From Rhizodiscina lignyota (lineage: Eukaryota), in NCBI GenBank assembly GCA_010015805.1, contig ML978123.1, positions 930,001-994,000 of the forward strand: 64,000 nt of DNA, given 5' to 3'. The notes beneath the pieces were generated by a model. It was not told the DNA's origin. It was given only the letters and a program-made list of their open reading frames with translations, and made no database searches. Positions 38,730 to 51,889 of this stretch are shown here, piece after piece. The position numbers were made by a program, and so were the translations under genes. Every line of letters begins with the position of its first letter. Position 1 is the first letter of the stretch.

Positions 38730-41700
38730 ATGAAAGCAAAGTCGACCATCTCCGCGCCCCAGTCGAGCCTCGGACCCACTTCTGAATCGCGACGTTCGCA
38801 CGACACTCACACCACCGCAATGTCAGCGTTCGCCGACTATTCTGGACATAGCTCCAGTACTTCAATTGCCATGCCGCCGTTCGGCGACACATACGATACC
38901 GTCCAACGTCCCTCCCCCAGTCTCGCGAGCTCCGCCTTCCCAGAAGCCCGAAGAGCGTCGTCCTCCACCCAGTCAGAGCGCAACCGAGGTCTGAATGGAC
39001 TCGGGAACAGCCCTGAAAATGCACTGGGAGGACTTGGAAGTCTGGACTTTGGCGGCTCCGGGCTAGGCGACGATGGAATTATGGGAGGCATGCCTGAGGG
39101 CAGAGGCCGGTCCAATACGGAGGTTAGTTCGCAGTCGAAGAAGAAAGACGACAAGAACGATATACCACCGCCATGGACCGAAATGAAGACAAAGGCCGGA
39201 AAGGAGCGCAAGAGGCTTCCGCTCGCTTGCATTGCATGCAGGAGGAAGAAGATACGATGCTCCGGCGAAAAGCCCGCTTGCAAGCACTGTTTGCGGTCAC
39301 GCATCCCGTGTGTGTACAAAGTCACGACGAGAAAGGCTGCGCCTCGGACAGACTACATGGCCATGTTGGACAAGAGGCTGAAGCGCATGGAAGAGCGTGT
39401 AATCAGGATCATACCCAAGGAATCGGTCAGCTCGGTTGTTGGTAATACCCGAGCGGTCGTGAAACCCGCAATCCCTCCTCCACCGTCAAAGACACCCTCG
39501 CAGAAAAAGCGGAACGCTGAAGAAGCGTTTGGAGATAACCTAGATGAATGGTCCAAGTCGGATGGGCTGAAAAATGATGGTGATGCCACAATGATACCTC
39601 CACGCCCGCAGCGAGGTGGCGACTCCGAAGAGAGCAGTCTTCTAACGGTTGGAGCGGATAGTCTTCCCTCGAAAGACATTCAGGAGCATCTCGCAGAGGT
39701 GTTTTTCGATTACGTCTATGGTCAAGCATACTTTCTACTGCATAAGCCGAGCTTCATTCGCAGGTTGAAAGCTGGCCAAGTTCCACCCGTCCTGATACTC
39801 TCAGTCTGTGCTATATCTGCTCGGTTTTCAACCCATCCTGCGGTTCGGACGGAACCTGCTTTCCTTCGTGGCGAGAATTGGGCGGCAGCAGCAAGAGATA
39901 TTGCTCTCACACGGTATGACAAGCCCAATATCACGATCCTCATATGCTACCTGATCCTTGGCCTTCATGCTTTTGGAACTTGCCAGGGAGGCAGCAGTTG
40001 GATGTTTGGTGGCATGGCACAGCGAATGGCATATGCTCTGCAATTACACAAGGAGCTTGACTATGAAAATTGGGGTCGAGATCAGGAAGGCCGGCCTAAG
40101 CAGCCAAGGCTTAGTCCGACCGACCAAGAAATACGCCGTCGAACGATGTGGTCCTGCTACATGATGGATCGCTTCACCTCTTCGGGCACTGACCGACCAC
40201 TCTTCCTTTGGGAAAAGCACATTCGCGTACAGCTCCCCATCAAAGAGTCTTCTTTCCAAATGGAGATAGCAGGACAAACAGAAGACATCGATGGCAATCT
40301 CATCGACGGTGATACCGATGACGAAGAGAGGAAGCAAGAAGCTATGGAGAATACTGGCATAGCCGGATACACCGTTCGAGCAGTTGCCGTCTGGGGCCGC
40401 ATAGTTCGGTACATGAACCTGGGCGGGAAGGAGGCTGACGAACATCCAATCTGGTCTACCGAGTCTGGTTACCACTCACTCCTCAAACGTGCTGAGGCCC
40501 TAAGGGATAGTATACCGAGCTGGTATGCTTACACGCCGGAGAATCTGCAGGTCCACTGCACCGAGAAGATTGCGAACCAGTTTGTTTTCATGCACATGTT
40601 CATTCATCAGAACATCTTGTTTCTCAATCGTTTCGCACTTCCTTCTACTACCGGTGCTCGGCCATCGAAAGATATGCCATCCGAATTCCTCTCAAACGCA
40701 ACGAAAGCGGCACTCGAGGCTGCAAATCAAGTATCTTCCTTACTCATCGATGCTATTGACCATCGTGTTGTCGCTCCTTTTGCAGGTTACTGCGCTTTCC
40801 TTTCCAGTACTGTTCACATCCACGGCATATTTTCTAAGAATCCGAAAATCGAGGGGCCGGCGAAGAAGAACCTAGCCATCAACGTAAAGTACCTGGGCAA
40901 GATTAAGAGATATTGGGGCATGTTCCACTTTGTTGCAGAGCAGCTTAAGGATCAATATCGTCAACAAGCCGACTTTGCGTTGCATGGTGGGGCTACGCGC
41001 AAGGGTAAGAATGGGCAGGCGATATTTCAATATGGCGATTGGTTCGACCGGTATCCGAATGGCGTCTCGTCCACCGATTTCGAGGACCCCGCAGCAGAGG
41101 TCAAGAAAGAGCCAGGCACGGACGCCGTTATGGGCAAGCAATCCGATGTCCAGAGCGTCGAGGACTTCTTCGCTTCGCTCTCTCCGACTTCGAAGCAGGA
41201 GCATCAGCAGAAGCTCGCTAAGCGGAAGCGGCAGAACCAGTCACAGTCTGCTCTAACGGCGGCACAATCATCTCGACAAAATGCGCAACCTTCTCCGGCG
41301 GATCAACCTCAAGCCACTCCCTCGCAGCAGAGCTTGTCCATCCAACCGGAGATGATAGATCCGCTCTACAGCAGCGCCGACTTCTTCTCCACACAGTCGG
41401 CCTTCCCGGGAATGGGTCAAGCAGATTGGGACGCGCTGGCCCAACAAGCCGCATCGTCATACTATCCAAATGCCTCGCGCATGCTGTCCGAATTGGACCG
41501 CCAGCTTGTCCTATCATCCTACAGCGGCTTCGACACCTTGCCGACTGGCCTAACACCCCCAGACCAAAACAACGACATCCTCAACACAGCGATCCCCACA
41601 ACCCAACAGCAGCGCCACAGCAGCGCAACAGAGGCCTTCATCCAGGCGCAGATGAGAGCACAGGCACAAGTGCAAGCGCAAGCCCGCCTCCAGGCAGAGC

Positions 41701-42086
41701 AGCAGCAACGCCAAGCCGCGGCGCATCAGAGCTCGCCTACCGCTCCCAGCACCGCGGGCCAGGACTGGTCGAACTGGGACCTCTCCATGGATGCTACCTC
41801 CCCGTCGACGACCTTCGACCCATCTGGCTTTGGCGATTCAGCCGCTGGCTTTGGCTTCGGAACGGACATACAGGGCACCGCGTGGTTCATGCCGTTCAAT
41901 CTGCAGCCGCCGGACATCGGGATGAGCGGTGCTGGCGCGGCGGGAGGCATGTGGGACTATGTCTTCACGGGCTTGGGAGGCGGTGGCGGCACGAGCTCGG
42001 GACCGAGTGGTGCGGGGACGGGAGGTGGTGGGTTGGGGGACGATGAGATGGGTCTGGGGCTCGGCATGGGTGAGGAAGGGCAATAA
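38730..42086 (+). CDS. Zn(II)2Cys6 transcription factor (Prf-like)
   Basis: ACIACRRKKIRCSGEKPACKHCLRSRIPCVY zinc cluster, fungal TF middle homology region (EIRRRTMWSCYMMDR) and an acidic/Q-rich tail. The start may be 38730 or 38820. Confidence 0.92.
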   Translation: MKAKSTISAPQSSLGPTSESRRSHDTHTTAMSAFADYSGHSSSTSIAMPPFGDTYDTVQRPSPSLASSAFPEARRASSSTQSERNRGLNGLGNSPENALGGLGSLDFGGSGLGDDGIMGGMPEGRGRSNTEVSSQSKKKDDKNDIPPPWTEMKTKAGKERKRLPLACIACRRKKIRCSGEKPACKHCLRSRIPCVYKVTTRKAAPRTDYMAMLDKRLKRMEERVIRIIPKESVSSVVGNTRAVVKPAIPPPPSKTPSQKKRNAEEAFGDNLDEWSKSDGLKNDGDATMIPPRPQRGGDSEESSLLTVGADSLPSKDIQEHLAEVFFDYVYGQAYFLLHKPSFIRRLKAGQVPPVLILSVCAISARFSTHPAVRTEPAFLRGENWAAAARDIALTRYDKPNITILICYLILGLHAFGTCQGGSSWMFGGMAQRMAYALQLHKELDYENWGRDQEGRPKQPRLSPTDQEIRRRTMWSCYMMDRFTSSGTDRPLFLWEKHIRVQLPIKESSFQMEIAGQTEDIDGNLIDGDTDDEERKQEAMENTGIAGYTVRAVAVWGRIVRYMNLGGKEADEHPIWSTESGYHSLLKRAEALRDSIPSWYAYTPENLQVHCTEKIANQFVFMHMFIHQNILFLNRFALPSTTGARPSKDMPSEFLSNATKAALEAANQVSSLLIDAIDHRVVAPFAGYCAFLSSTVHIHGIFSKNPKIEGPAKKNLAINVKYLGKIKRYWGMFHFVAEQLKDQYRQQADFALHGGATRKGKNGQAIFQYGDWFDRYPNGVSSTDFEDPAAEVKKEPGTDAVMGKQSDVQSVEDFFASLSPTSKQEHQQKLAKRKRQNQSQSALTAAQSSRQNAQPSPADQPQATPSQQSLSIQPEMIDPLYSSADFFSTQSAFPGMGQADWDALAQQAASSYYPNASRMLSELDRQLVLSSYSGFDTLPTGLTPPDQNNDILNTAIPTTQQQRHSSATEAFIQAQMRAQAQVQAQARLQAEQQQRQAAAHQSSPTAPSTAGQDWSNWDLSMDATSPSTTFDPSGFGDSAAGFGFGTDIQGTAWFMPFNLQPPDIGMSGAGAAGGMWDYVFTGLGGGGGTSSGPSGAGTGGGGLGDDEMGLGLGMGEEGQ

Positions 42087-42460
42087 CACGGGATGAAGGG
42101 TGGGTAATGTCCATCGGATGATTCAAGTGGCTGTGAGGCCACTCGCTCGAGCGTGGAGGAGCCTTGACGGACTTGTGCAATGGTCGAGATCCCGGATCGT
42201 ATGTTCGAATGACTGGCTGTGTATATTGACACGTTCGGCCATAGTAAAATTGTAATTACGATACGACTGCTGCAAAAATGGGATTCTAAGGGGCCTCGAT
42301 TGAACAAAGCAATAAGGGTTGTTGAAGACTTGTGTCATCCGTCCGACATTGTCTGCTGCTCAGTCACTGTCACAGTCGCATGCGTATTGGAACGTGTACA
42401 AAGGTATGATTTTATGGAGATTTCCCAACGTCTGTGGATTGTTTGCAGACGACATGCCGA

Positions 42461-45400
42461 CTAAGGCTCTCTGGCAATCGAACCTCCCGAGTTGCTTAAT
42501 GCGAGCATGTCCATCAACCAGCGGAAGTCTGCTTCGCCGAGCGACTTAGCAAGCTTAGCACGTAATTCCGGCTTTTCTCTGAAGCATTGCTCCAGCTCCT
42601 GACCCCATTTACTCAAATCCGTGCTGGCGCCATACTCCACTAGTAGTTTTATCATAACCATAGTGATTTGGAAGAATCTCTGCACCTGCCGTATGGACCA
42701 GAAAACGGAATATTTTTCGAGCATGGCCTTAACGGCATAGTACAACGGCGTCCGACCTTCGAAATCTTCCGAATCAACGTCGGCGCCATTCTCAAGCAGA
42801 GCCAGTCCGAAGCTTCGTTGCTCGTCTTCTGTAGCCTCATGCCAGTATGGGTTTTCTGTCGCCCACGACAGTGGGGTTCGGCCATCTGCATCTTTCGCGT
42901 TAATATTTGCGCCCTTCTCTAATAGAGACCTCACCACGGCTTCTCCCCCTTTTTCAGCAGCGTAAGAAAGAGGAGAGCGGCCGTCATTGTCGTTCCTATC
43001 AATATTGGCATTCTTTCGCTCGGCCAATAGTCGTACTACGGCGTCATGACCTTCTGAAGCAGCATAATGCAGTGGTGTGATGCCCTCTTCATCTTGTATG
43101 TCAGCATCGGCATCGTCTCGTTCGAGCAGTAGCTTGACAATGGCCTCATGTCCACACTCTGAAGCGGACGAAAGTGCTGTTCGGCCGTGTGTACATTGTG
43201 CATTAATATCAATGCCATCTCGATCGAGCAGTAATTTGATAACGGCCTCATGTCCATGCTCTGAAGCGACCGAGAGTGGTGTTCGCTGGGAACCGTAATA
43301 GTTTTGTTCGTTCACGATAACATCGTTCCGCTCGAGTAGTAACTTGACGACGGCTTCGTGTCCACTCTCCGAAGCGAGCATGAGCAGCGTGCTTGGCCCC
43401 GAGTTGACTTCCGAATCCACAATAAGAAGCCGCACTACAGTTTCATGTCCGAATTGAACTGCATAACGCAGTGCAGTTTCTTGGTCAATGTCCCTTAGTC
43501 CAGGTTCTACATCATTCCGGCCAAGTAACAGTCTCACTACCAATTCCTGGCCCGCCGACGCCGCATACATTAGTAGCGTTCGGCCGTCGCCATCCCTATA
43601 ATTAGTATCCAGGGGTAAGACTTCATCGGAAGTGGATAACAATTTCTTTAAAATATAGTCAAGTCCAGCGGCGGCTGCTAAAACGTAAGCCAGATAGGTT
43701 TGATTGTTCAAAATCGTACTCGGGTTGGAAGCGCTGACTGAAGACACCTTGCGTCCCATGTGAAGCGGATGCGTATACATGGTGAACAAAACGGCTGTTT
43801 CGAAGAAGAGCGCACGCCAAGGGACATAGTTTTTCCTGAACAGACTGCAAGTGCTCATGCCAGTGATCAGGAACATAATCCGAGAGTGCCAGTTCCTGCC
43901 AGGGCTCATAGCGGTCACATACAGCCTCGGTGGATCTAGACTCGACATCGTCCTCGGAACCTGAATCGGAGGGAGACACGCCAGCTCCGCACCCGAAAGA
44001 CATGAATGTTAAACACACAGATGCAATCTCTTCCTGGAAGCTCGGCCACAATCTGTCTCGAACCCGCTCGAAATATTCTTGAGTCGTGTAATGCACGAGA
44101 CGCACGATACTGGTTTGCTCGTCGACTATAACTAATCCAACGCAATTACAAACGATCTCGTCGATGTCTGGGACCTTATCCAGATCAAGTTCATTATCAT
44201 CGACTTCGATCGCAAGAGCCTCCGCCAACTCGTCGACAGTGAGTGGTCGTTGTGCATAGGAAATCCAGAGAATCAGCTTCATTGCATCATCTGCCAGAAG
44301 CTGGCCTTTGAGTCTCTCGACAGCGTCGTCATACGCGTGTTCGTAGATCCTTCTCACCACCTCATTATTAGCCCCTTCTCCGGTCTTGGAAAGCTTGTTG
44401 GTCTCCATTTGAGTGCGTGAGAATTGGCGAAGTGCATTATTGATCTTGGCTGGTGTGTTCTTGTCGCGAAGAGAGTCTATGTATAAATGTGCGAGGAGAA
44501 ACCTAGATCGAACGTGAGCCTCCTGCAGAGATCATCTTGCTAGACACTCACATGCCATCCACTGCTTCCGCTATCTTATCACGGATCGCGTTTTGGAGAC
44601 TAATATCTTTCCGGACACATTTCGGTAAGTCGTGCATCTGAGCTGAGACCAGCTGTCTCACATCCTCATCCGTCGCTCGAATCTCTATAGTAGGTGTTGT
44701 CTCGAATTCTGCCAACACCTCGGGTATGAATCGAGAAGTGACAAGGATCCGCACATCTGATCCCTGTTGTAGGTCTCGCAAACTATTCAGAAGTGTGTCC
44801 CGACTTCGAGCCTGCTCATTTGGGCATTCGTCGAGAGCATCGATGATGGCATAGACCACTGAATAATTCTTGAGAAGCGATCTGAAGACGGAGAGAATCT
44901 CTGTTAGACTAGGTCTAGTACTCTTTTCGGAATGTTCATCGTAGAGGTGGGACACATGTTTTATGATCTCTGGGCGAGTTTGCAACAATTGCTTAACCAA
45001 AGCAGCTAACAAATCGTCTGCATATTGGCCAGTCTGCTCCTTATAGTTGCAAAATACGAATATCATCCCTACATCACTGTCTCCCCTGGTTTGACTTTGG
45101 AGGTGCTGGATCGCCGTGGCTGCCATCATTGTCTTTCCCGCACCAGGGATTCTGGGACAGAATAATGTCTGTTTGTGGGGAGGCAGAGGCGGAGTCGTAT
45201 CGCGCCAGGACTTGAATTCCGGAGATTCAAGAAACCACTCCCCTGTGCCGTCTTGCTTGCGAGGAATGATATCGGATTGCTGGGCGATGAAATCGATAGG
45301 AGAGATCCAGTTTACGATCGCTTTATATCGTTCGTGGTCAACGCCGCTTTGCAGTAGACCTATCGCACTTTGGATTCTTCCAGTGTCATCCTTCACTTCG

Positions 45401-46117
45401 TTCGCGGAATTTTGGATTTCCAGCACAACCTGGTGCGATTTGCCAGTGGTGCTGCTGATTGACTGAGTGTCATCGTAGATACGATTGGTGGTAGATCGAA
45501 TCTGCTTGGCATCCTCTTTATGGCGCGGGAGAGCTTGCTAGATAAAATCAGCGAAAATATGTGGCAATGGAGTGTCTCCGACAAATATGAAGTAATGAAC
45601 ATGCTTTCTGACTCTCCGGAGACTGCGATTCAACTACTGCGGCAGGGGAGGGAAACCCATATATAGTAGTTTTGGAAAGGTCTTGGAACGGAAGTTTTGT
45701 GACGTACCTTTGATCAATCTCGAGGACAATGACAACGAGTGTCTTCAGACGCTCTATAAATGAGAGCATGTTGATGACCTCCTCCTTGCTGAACTTCCAC
45801 CGAAGAGCATCTGCAGCCTTCTTCAAGCCGACGTTACCCTGTACCTTAGCAGCCATCTGCCCAAGGACTTCTTTGTATTGGCTCAAAGGCCCATCATTGT
45901 GAGCAATCTTCGCAAGCTCAACGCTCCACGGGTCGTTTGAACCGCAACTCGCTAAATAGTCATCCAAACTGTACAAAAGGTTGCAGAGATCCAATGCCTC
46001 AGACCGCAGTTTCCGTCGCTCCTTCGGAGCATCCTTGACATGATTCAGGTATGTAATCACCTCGGTGGTCAAGTCCACCACTGTGATAATACTTGCTGAC
46101 AAGCTGAGAGGATCCAT
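42461..46117 (-). pseudogene. Fungal NLR (SesA/HeLo-like N-terminus, NACHT, ankyrin repeats) with two apparent frameshifts
   Basis: MDPLSLSASI N-terminus, GTGEWFL, PGAGKT, IIDALDEC, GMFLLA, VRLVHYTTQEYF and about 8 ankyrin repeats. Introns 45539-45707 and about 44503-44551. Frame breaks at about 45518 and 43681. Confidence 0.8.
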
Positions 46118-47410
46118 AGATGATAATACCCTGGCTATGAATACTTGAAAAGAGGTGCAGAAGGTTTCAGATGTAATCCAGGGACCGTCCAGCAGAAAGA
46201 AAGGCTAATGAGTCGTTGGAAAAAGTTTGCAGCAAAGTCAACGGAGGACAGCGACGGCATAGTTATATCTTGGGGCCTGTTTGGCATGCAGACAGTTTCT
46301 CATTTCAAGCCACAGCAAGCTTTGTCAGTACTGTCGGGAGCTGAGCGTTTGTCCTTTGTGGAGAACAAACGGGGATTGCGTACAAACACCATAATTATAC
46401 GCATCCGAGTGGACCGAAGCGACAGTACTAGCGGGACGATCGGACAAGCATAACATCTCTCTGAATTCCATCATCCGAGTGGAACACGAATTTCTCCGTA
46501 CGTTCCACGGCAGATGCCAAGAATGCATAACCAAAAAGGAAGCTTGTTGGAGTTGCAAGGAACAAGAAACTGAGAACCCAGCGTAAATGCTGCTTTCCCT
46601 CGCATTGAGATCATTGAGGTCAGAAATTGCAAAATCTGAAAAATCTGAAATGAATACAGTTTGCATGCGTAGTTAAGGAGCGATCATGTTGAGGCCACTA
46701 TGAAAGCTGCTGCGCTGCAATGGTGGCTGAATCCTCGGCAGGTTTGCGGTGCGGTTTCTGATACAAAATCATAGCACACAAAACGCGAAATCGTTTGAGT
46801 TTGGTCCGTAGAGTCGATGTAGACGTCGAGGATGATTATAGAATATCGAATGATCATGAGTGAGGCATTATCGTGGGAACACTTTCGGAAATCGACGCCT
46901 CTCTTAGGCTGCAGGAGGCCACCTTTGGGAATATTTCCGCGAGGATCTCACAAGAACAACAGCAATCATGCTTCATTGGAAAGAGAACTAATGGCGTCAA
47001 TAAAGAAAGCTGCAGATTGAAGGGCGAATAGCCTGTACCATGAAGTTAAAGACCAGACGAAAGGAGAAAGGGGTTCGTGCTCTTGCGGAACCTCAACAAT
47101 GCGTTCATGCATGCAGTGATAGTGAACAGCCTGTTGTCGACTGGAGAATCTCCAGTCTATGAAATTCTCATTTGAAGTAGTTCATGTGAAAATAGAATGC
47201 GATCAAAGTAAGCTTATTGTTAGACTATCCGATGACCGAGTCATTAGCCCGTGTTCTGGGTGGTGACGTCGTGAGCTGGAGCTTCACAACCTGGAAGTTT
47301 CCTGGAAAGTGGAAGTACGCGCTAGTTACACGACTCAGACTTCACCTTTTCGTCCCAAGCCACTCTGAGATGCTCTGAGTTCCTCGAATCCTTGAGTTTA
47401 CACTATCACA

Positions 47411-49390
47411 ATGGTACGCTTCGCGCATTGCGCAATTCTGCTATAGACGCAAGGCTGACTGACTGTTGGAAGGCGTCTCTTCTCCGCCAAATTGTTGCAG
47501 GACCACGAGCGCGACATCCAGAAGCTGGTCTTGATCTCTGCTATGTTACAGATAATAGTGCGCATACCTGCCTCTTCATTTCCAAGCTGTCCATGTCTAA
47601 TTCGCGAATCAACAGTAATAGCAACGTCCGGTCCATCCTCCACCTACCCCCAGCGCGCATACCGCAATCCTCTCGATGCCCTCGTCAAATTCCTCGATTC
47701 GAAGCACGGCGAAGATTGGGCGATATGGGAGTTCCGCGCCGAAGGGACGGGCTACCCTGATAGCGAGGTATACAATCGCGTATGGCATTTCCCGTGGCCA
47801 GATCATCACCCGCCGCCTTTTGTGTTGTTACCGCGAATTATGGCGAGCATGCGCAATTGGCTACATCGGTTGGACGAGCCTGGGAAAGAGGCCACTGATT
47901 CTAGCGACAAGCATGATACCAGAGGGAAGCTGAAACTTGATATCAGAGAGAAGCTGGGTAAAGAGGCGAAAGAGAACAAGAGAGTGGTGGTGGTGCACTG
48001 TAAGGCGGGCAAAGGACGAAGCGGCACCATTGCGGTCAGCTACCTGATATCACAAGAGGGCTGGAAAGCCGAGGATGCGCTGAAGCGGTTTACTGAGAGG
48101 AGAATGAGGCCTGGATTCGGCAATGGAGTCTCGATACCAAGCCAATTGCGTTGGGTGGACTATGTCGTACAATGGACGAATGCTGACAAGATATATGTCG
48201 AGCGGCAAATCGAGATTTGTGAGGTACACATTTGGGGATTGCGGGACGGCGTCAAGATTTCTGTCGAGGGCTATGTGGAAGAAGGGAAGATGATCAAGGT
48301 GTTTCACGTCTTCAAGAGAGAAGAAAGGGAATTGGTCAGGGGTAGCATCGGCAAGTCCGGATTTGCGGATCTAGTCACAGAAGTCATTGGGCGTAACCAG
48401 TCCAACAAGTCATCTGGAAATAAGTCGAGCGATCCGGCCAAAGAAGACCCAAAGAATGGTACAGCGGCGAAGACATCGAGTAACGAGAATTCAGCACGCT
48501 CAAAGGAAGTTTCCAAGGACTCCACCAACTCCAATAGCTCTGCTTCATCCGATATTCAACCTGCTGGCGCAGACGTCGTCTATCGGCCATCTTCACGAAT
48601 TGTATTACCCAGTAACGATATCAACATCGACTTTGAGCGCCGGAACAAAGCGATGTCGAACCTCACGATGGTCACGTCTGTTGCGCATGTCTGGTTCAAC
48701 ACTTTCTTCGAAGGGCATGGTGCTGATCCTGACCGGAAAGGTCAGCCTGATAACTCCGGCGTTTTTGAAATTGACTGGGAAAAGATGGATGGTATTAAAG
48801 GCTCCACTCGTAGAGGCACAAAGAGCTTCGATCGCCTGGCAGTCGTTTGGAAAGCACTTGAAGGGCCTGAAGCCAAGAGTGAGGTTGTCATGGAGCCTGC
48901 TGCAGGCGAAGAAGTTAAACCGAGCCAACCAGCGGACTGGAGAGGCGAAGAAGGCGATGATCCGGTCAAAGGAAAGGATTTGGGCTTAAGAGTGACTAGT
49001 CCGGCGAGCGAGAATGTGAGCAGAGCGAACAGTATGAAAGGTCAGCCTGTCGGGCAGACTAAAGAGGAGAAAGTGACAGAAGACATGGACGAACTTGCAG
49101 GCGTGCAATCTCATGTCCCTGAAGACAGTGCAAATTCTGCGCCACCGGAGGAGAAGCCACCTCCACATGCGGCCACAGAACCGATTCTACAGGCCAGAAA
49201 AGAAACGTCATCACAGCAAGGTCCTGACATTCTGTCGGATGATGAGCAGGTGCAGTCACCAGATGCCGCATCTCTGAAACCGCACGTTTCGGCGACTGCA
49301 GATTTACCCGGAGGAAAGCCAGAGGATGAACTAAAGAACGCACGGGAGCATGGTCTGGGGCATGTGGCACATCATAAGGCTTCATATTAG
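47411..49390 (+). CDS. TEP1: PTEN-like phosphoinositide phosphatase
   Basis: HCKAGKGRSG active site and WPDHHPP loop. Introns 47414-47472 and 47558-47615 give MASLLRQIVAGPR..LDLCYVTDNIIATSGPS. Confidence 0.88.
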
Positions 49391-49813
49391 ATGGGACTGG
49401 TTTTCGAGGGGTTGCCTGTCAATTTGTATTGATGCATAGCGTGGCGTTAGGCGCAGTGTACAGGTCTCGGTAACAATTTCAGCAAGATTTAGCTACTATG
49501 GGATTGAAACGAATGTGAGAAGTATTCCCATTGGAATTTTTTAGCAATTGCATATGAGCTATCCTTCATCCATCCGTTGGTATACCCAGTCCCTCATTAA
49601 TTGGCCTTATTACCCAGTCCTCAAGTTTCTGCTGCAGATAACCAGCTCTCCTCGCACCTCTTCATACTTCATAGTCCGTTCCAGTAATTCCTCCAGAAGA
49701 CCCTTAAGACCGACACGCCCATCGCATGGTGAATTTTGGAATCCTCCATTTGAAAGTCCGGCATTGGCGAGAAGTTGCCCGTTCACTTTGATAGCCTCAT
49801 GCTTTGAGATCCT

Positions 49814-50200
49814 TCAGGCGTCGCTTTCCACGAACGGTCTCAGACGTTGGCCGATCCACGCCCAACCCACTCCGCGGCCCTTCACCTTCCCCTCCCTCTT
49901 GAGCTCATCAAGCCTCTCATTCTCGAGAGCCCAGCAGATCATCGAAATTTGCCTCGTCCTCTTCCTTCCACGCTCGCGCAGCTCGTCATAAGTGTGCCAG
50001 ACGATCTCTGCGTGCGGCTTTGACTCATTCACAAGGGTGCAGAAGAAGTTGAGCTCTCCCTCAGGGCAGTCGTCGACACTGGCGGCTTGAACAAGGTCGT
50101 CGACGTAAGAGGTGAATGCTCGAATATCGTGCTGCGTGCGGACCGGGAAGTCTTTGATCGTGAGCGTGAGCTCAGCCAAATTCGTCGTGGGCTCGGCCAT
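49814..50200 (-). CDS. Hypothetical protein (about 128 aa)
   Basis: ATG-initiated ORF with coding-like composition; no recognisable domain. Confidence 0.45.
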   Translation of the reverse strand: MAEPTTNLAELTLTIKDFPVRTQHDIRAFTSYVDDLVQAASVDDCPEGELNFFCTLVNESKPHAEIVWHTYDELRERGRKRTRQISMICWALENERLDELKREGKVKGRGVGWAWIGQRLRPFVESDA

Positions 50201-51889
50201 ATTCGTCCACTTCTGAGACACTTTGTAGCGTAACAACAATTGCAGTCGGTCCAGCCATGATGTTGAACTCACGAAGATACTCTGCAAGATAGAACTGCGT
50301 CTCTGGACTCTCGCTGCTGCGTCGTCGAGTTGTAGTTTGCTGGCGAAGACGGGGAACGAATGTATTGAAGAGGAAAGAGAGCATGGCAGGTGCTTCCACG
50401 GTGGGGAGTACAGGAATTCAGACACCTTGCTATAAGCATTTGTAAGGACCGAGGGGCTGAGCGGATCTATCACATCATTGCTGTCCGCGGAGTCTTCCAA
50501 ACCAAGGGACAAGATGCCGTTAAGATTCGACGAGCGCGGAGGGTCGGTCAGGTAAAGATATGATGAGAGGAAGTAGCAATTCACCTTGATGGAGCAGACC
50601 CGCGGTTTCTGATAAGTGAGGCCGCGGTTTTACCAGATCTTTCTTTCTTTCTCTCTCTCTCTCTTTCTTTTTGAAGCTAGATATATAGGGCAGAAAAAAT
50701 CTCGACTCGCATGTGGATATGGAAAATACTTTGTTGAAATGAATGTGTAAATGGGTGGTGTGAGAGAGCGAAAGGCTTCAGTCACGCAGATTAGGTGTGA
50801 CAATGCTCCCTGTTACAGTCATATGCGAATAGCTCGTAACTTTCCCGCTTCTCTGTGAAGTGTAGTGCTATTGAACATGTGTTCCTGAAGATGCATGTGC
50901 TTGAGGTAGGTAAGGTATGTTCACGGCCCGGCATCCCGGCAGCCTCACCACGTCTGCCTTGAGAAGAGCAGTTGCGCGCGCTCGCGCTCGGTGCTCTACG
51001 GAAGTAGGCTATGTCACTATGTATCTCAGGCAGCAGAGGCCACTTACTCGTAGCTGGATAGACGCGGCCGAAGCGGCTCCGCAATGGGAGACCGGAGGAC
51101 AATTGAAGAGCTGAAGTTGTGGCAAGGCAAAACCAAACACCCAATCACAATTGCTTTTCAGCCTGCGTAGGGCTGAACACAGCCTTAAAGGCGGTCACCA
51201 CATGAACCGTAGCAACCCCGCAAATTAACTGATAGTTTGTCCATTTTATCCGTAAGAGGGCTTGCGCTGTCCTATTTGCTTGCCATCAGGCGACGATAGC
51301 AGCAGATTAAAGCATTACGACTAATGTTTTGCCATATCGTTCACCGGTGTGCTCCGGTCAGGTTTGTGATTCACTGCGCACCCACGAACGGGGACATGGG
51401 CCCCATCCCCATGCTTCGCCCGGGGCCCCACCGGTGGCGTCGCTCGCATTTTAGCTAACCTCCAACGGAGTCAGAGTCCATCTCCGACCAAGCATTGCGC
51501 GCTGCTTTTGCATGCAACAACGCTATCGTCTGCGGAGTCTAGATTGGTAGCGAAAGGTGTGGCAGAGTCAGCCTCAGCCTGCATGCATTTATTTGCACAT
51601 TCTACATATATGTAACAAGGTTGCCTGCCGCTGCAGATACAAAGAGAGGAACAGCCTTGTCACATTCACCAGCTTTCCTTCACTGTCATATATCTTAGGG
51701 CGTCATTGATTCAACGATATCCTTATTCAAACAGCACAATCTCACATTGCCACTGCACAAGCGGACCTGGTGTCCCACCCCTCCCCGTAACATCGCACAA
51801 ATACCCTGCGAGCATAGGTGCCACGAAGCCGCCTACGATACGCCGCCTTATTTATCCTAGCCTGACCTGTGCAGCTTCCAAACACATCT

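Noticed and set aside
46118..47400. Amyloid-motif effector partner gene next to the NLR
   Set aside because: No credible ORF or HET-s/PP/sigma-like motif seen, and the NLR carries its own N-terminal domain.
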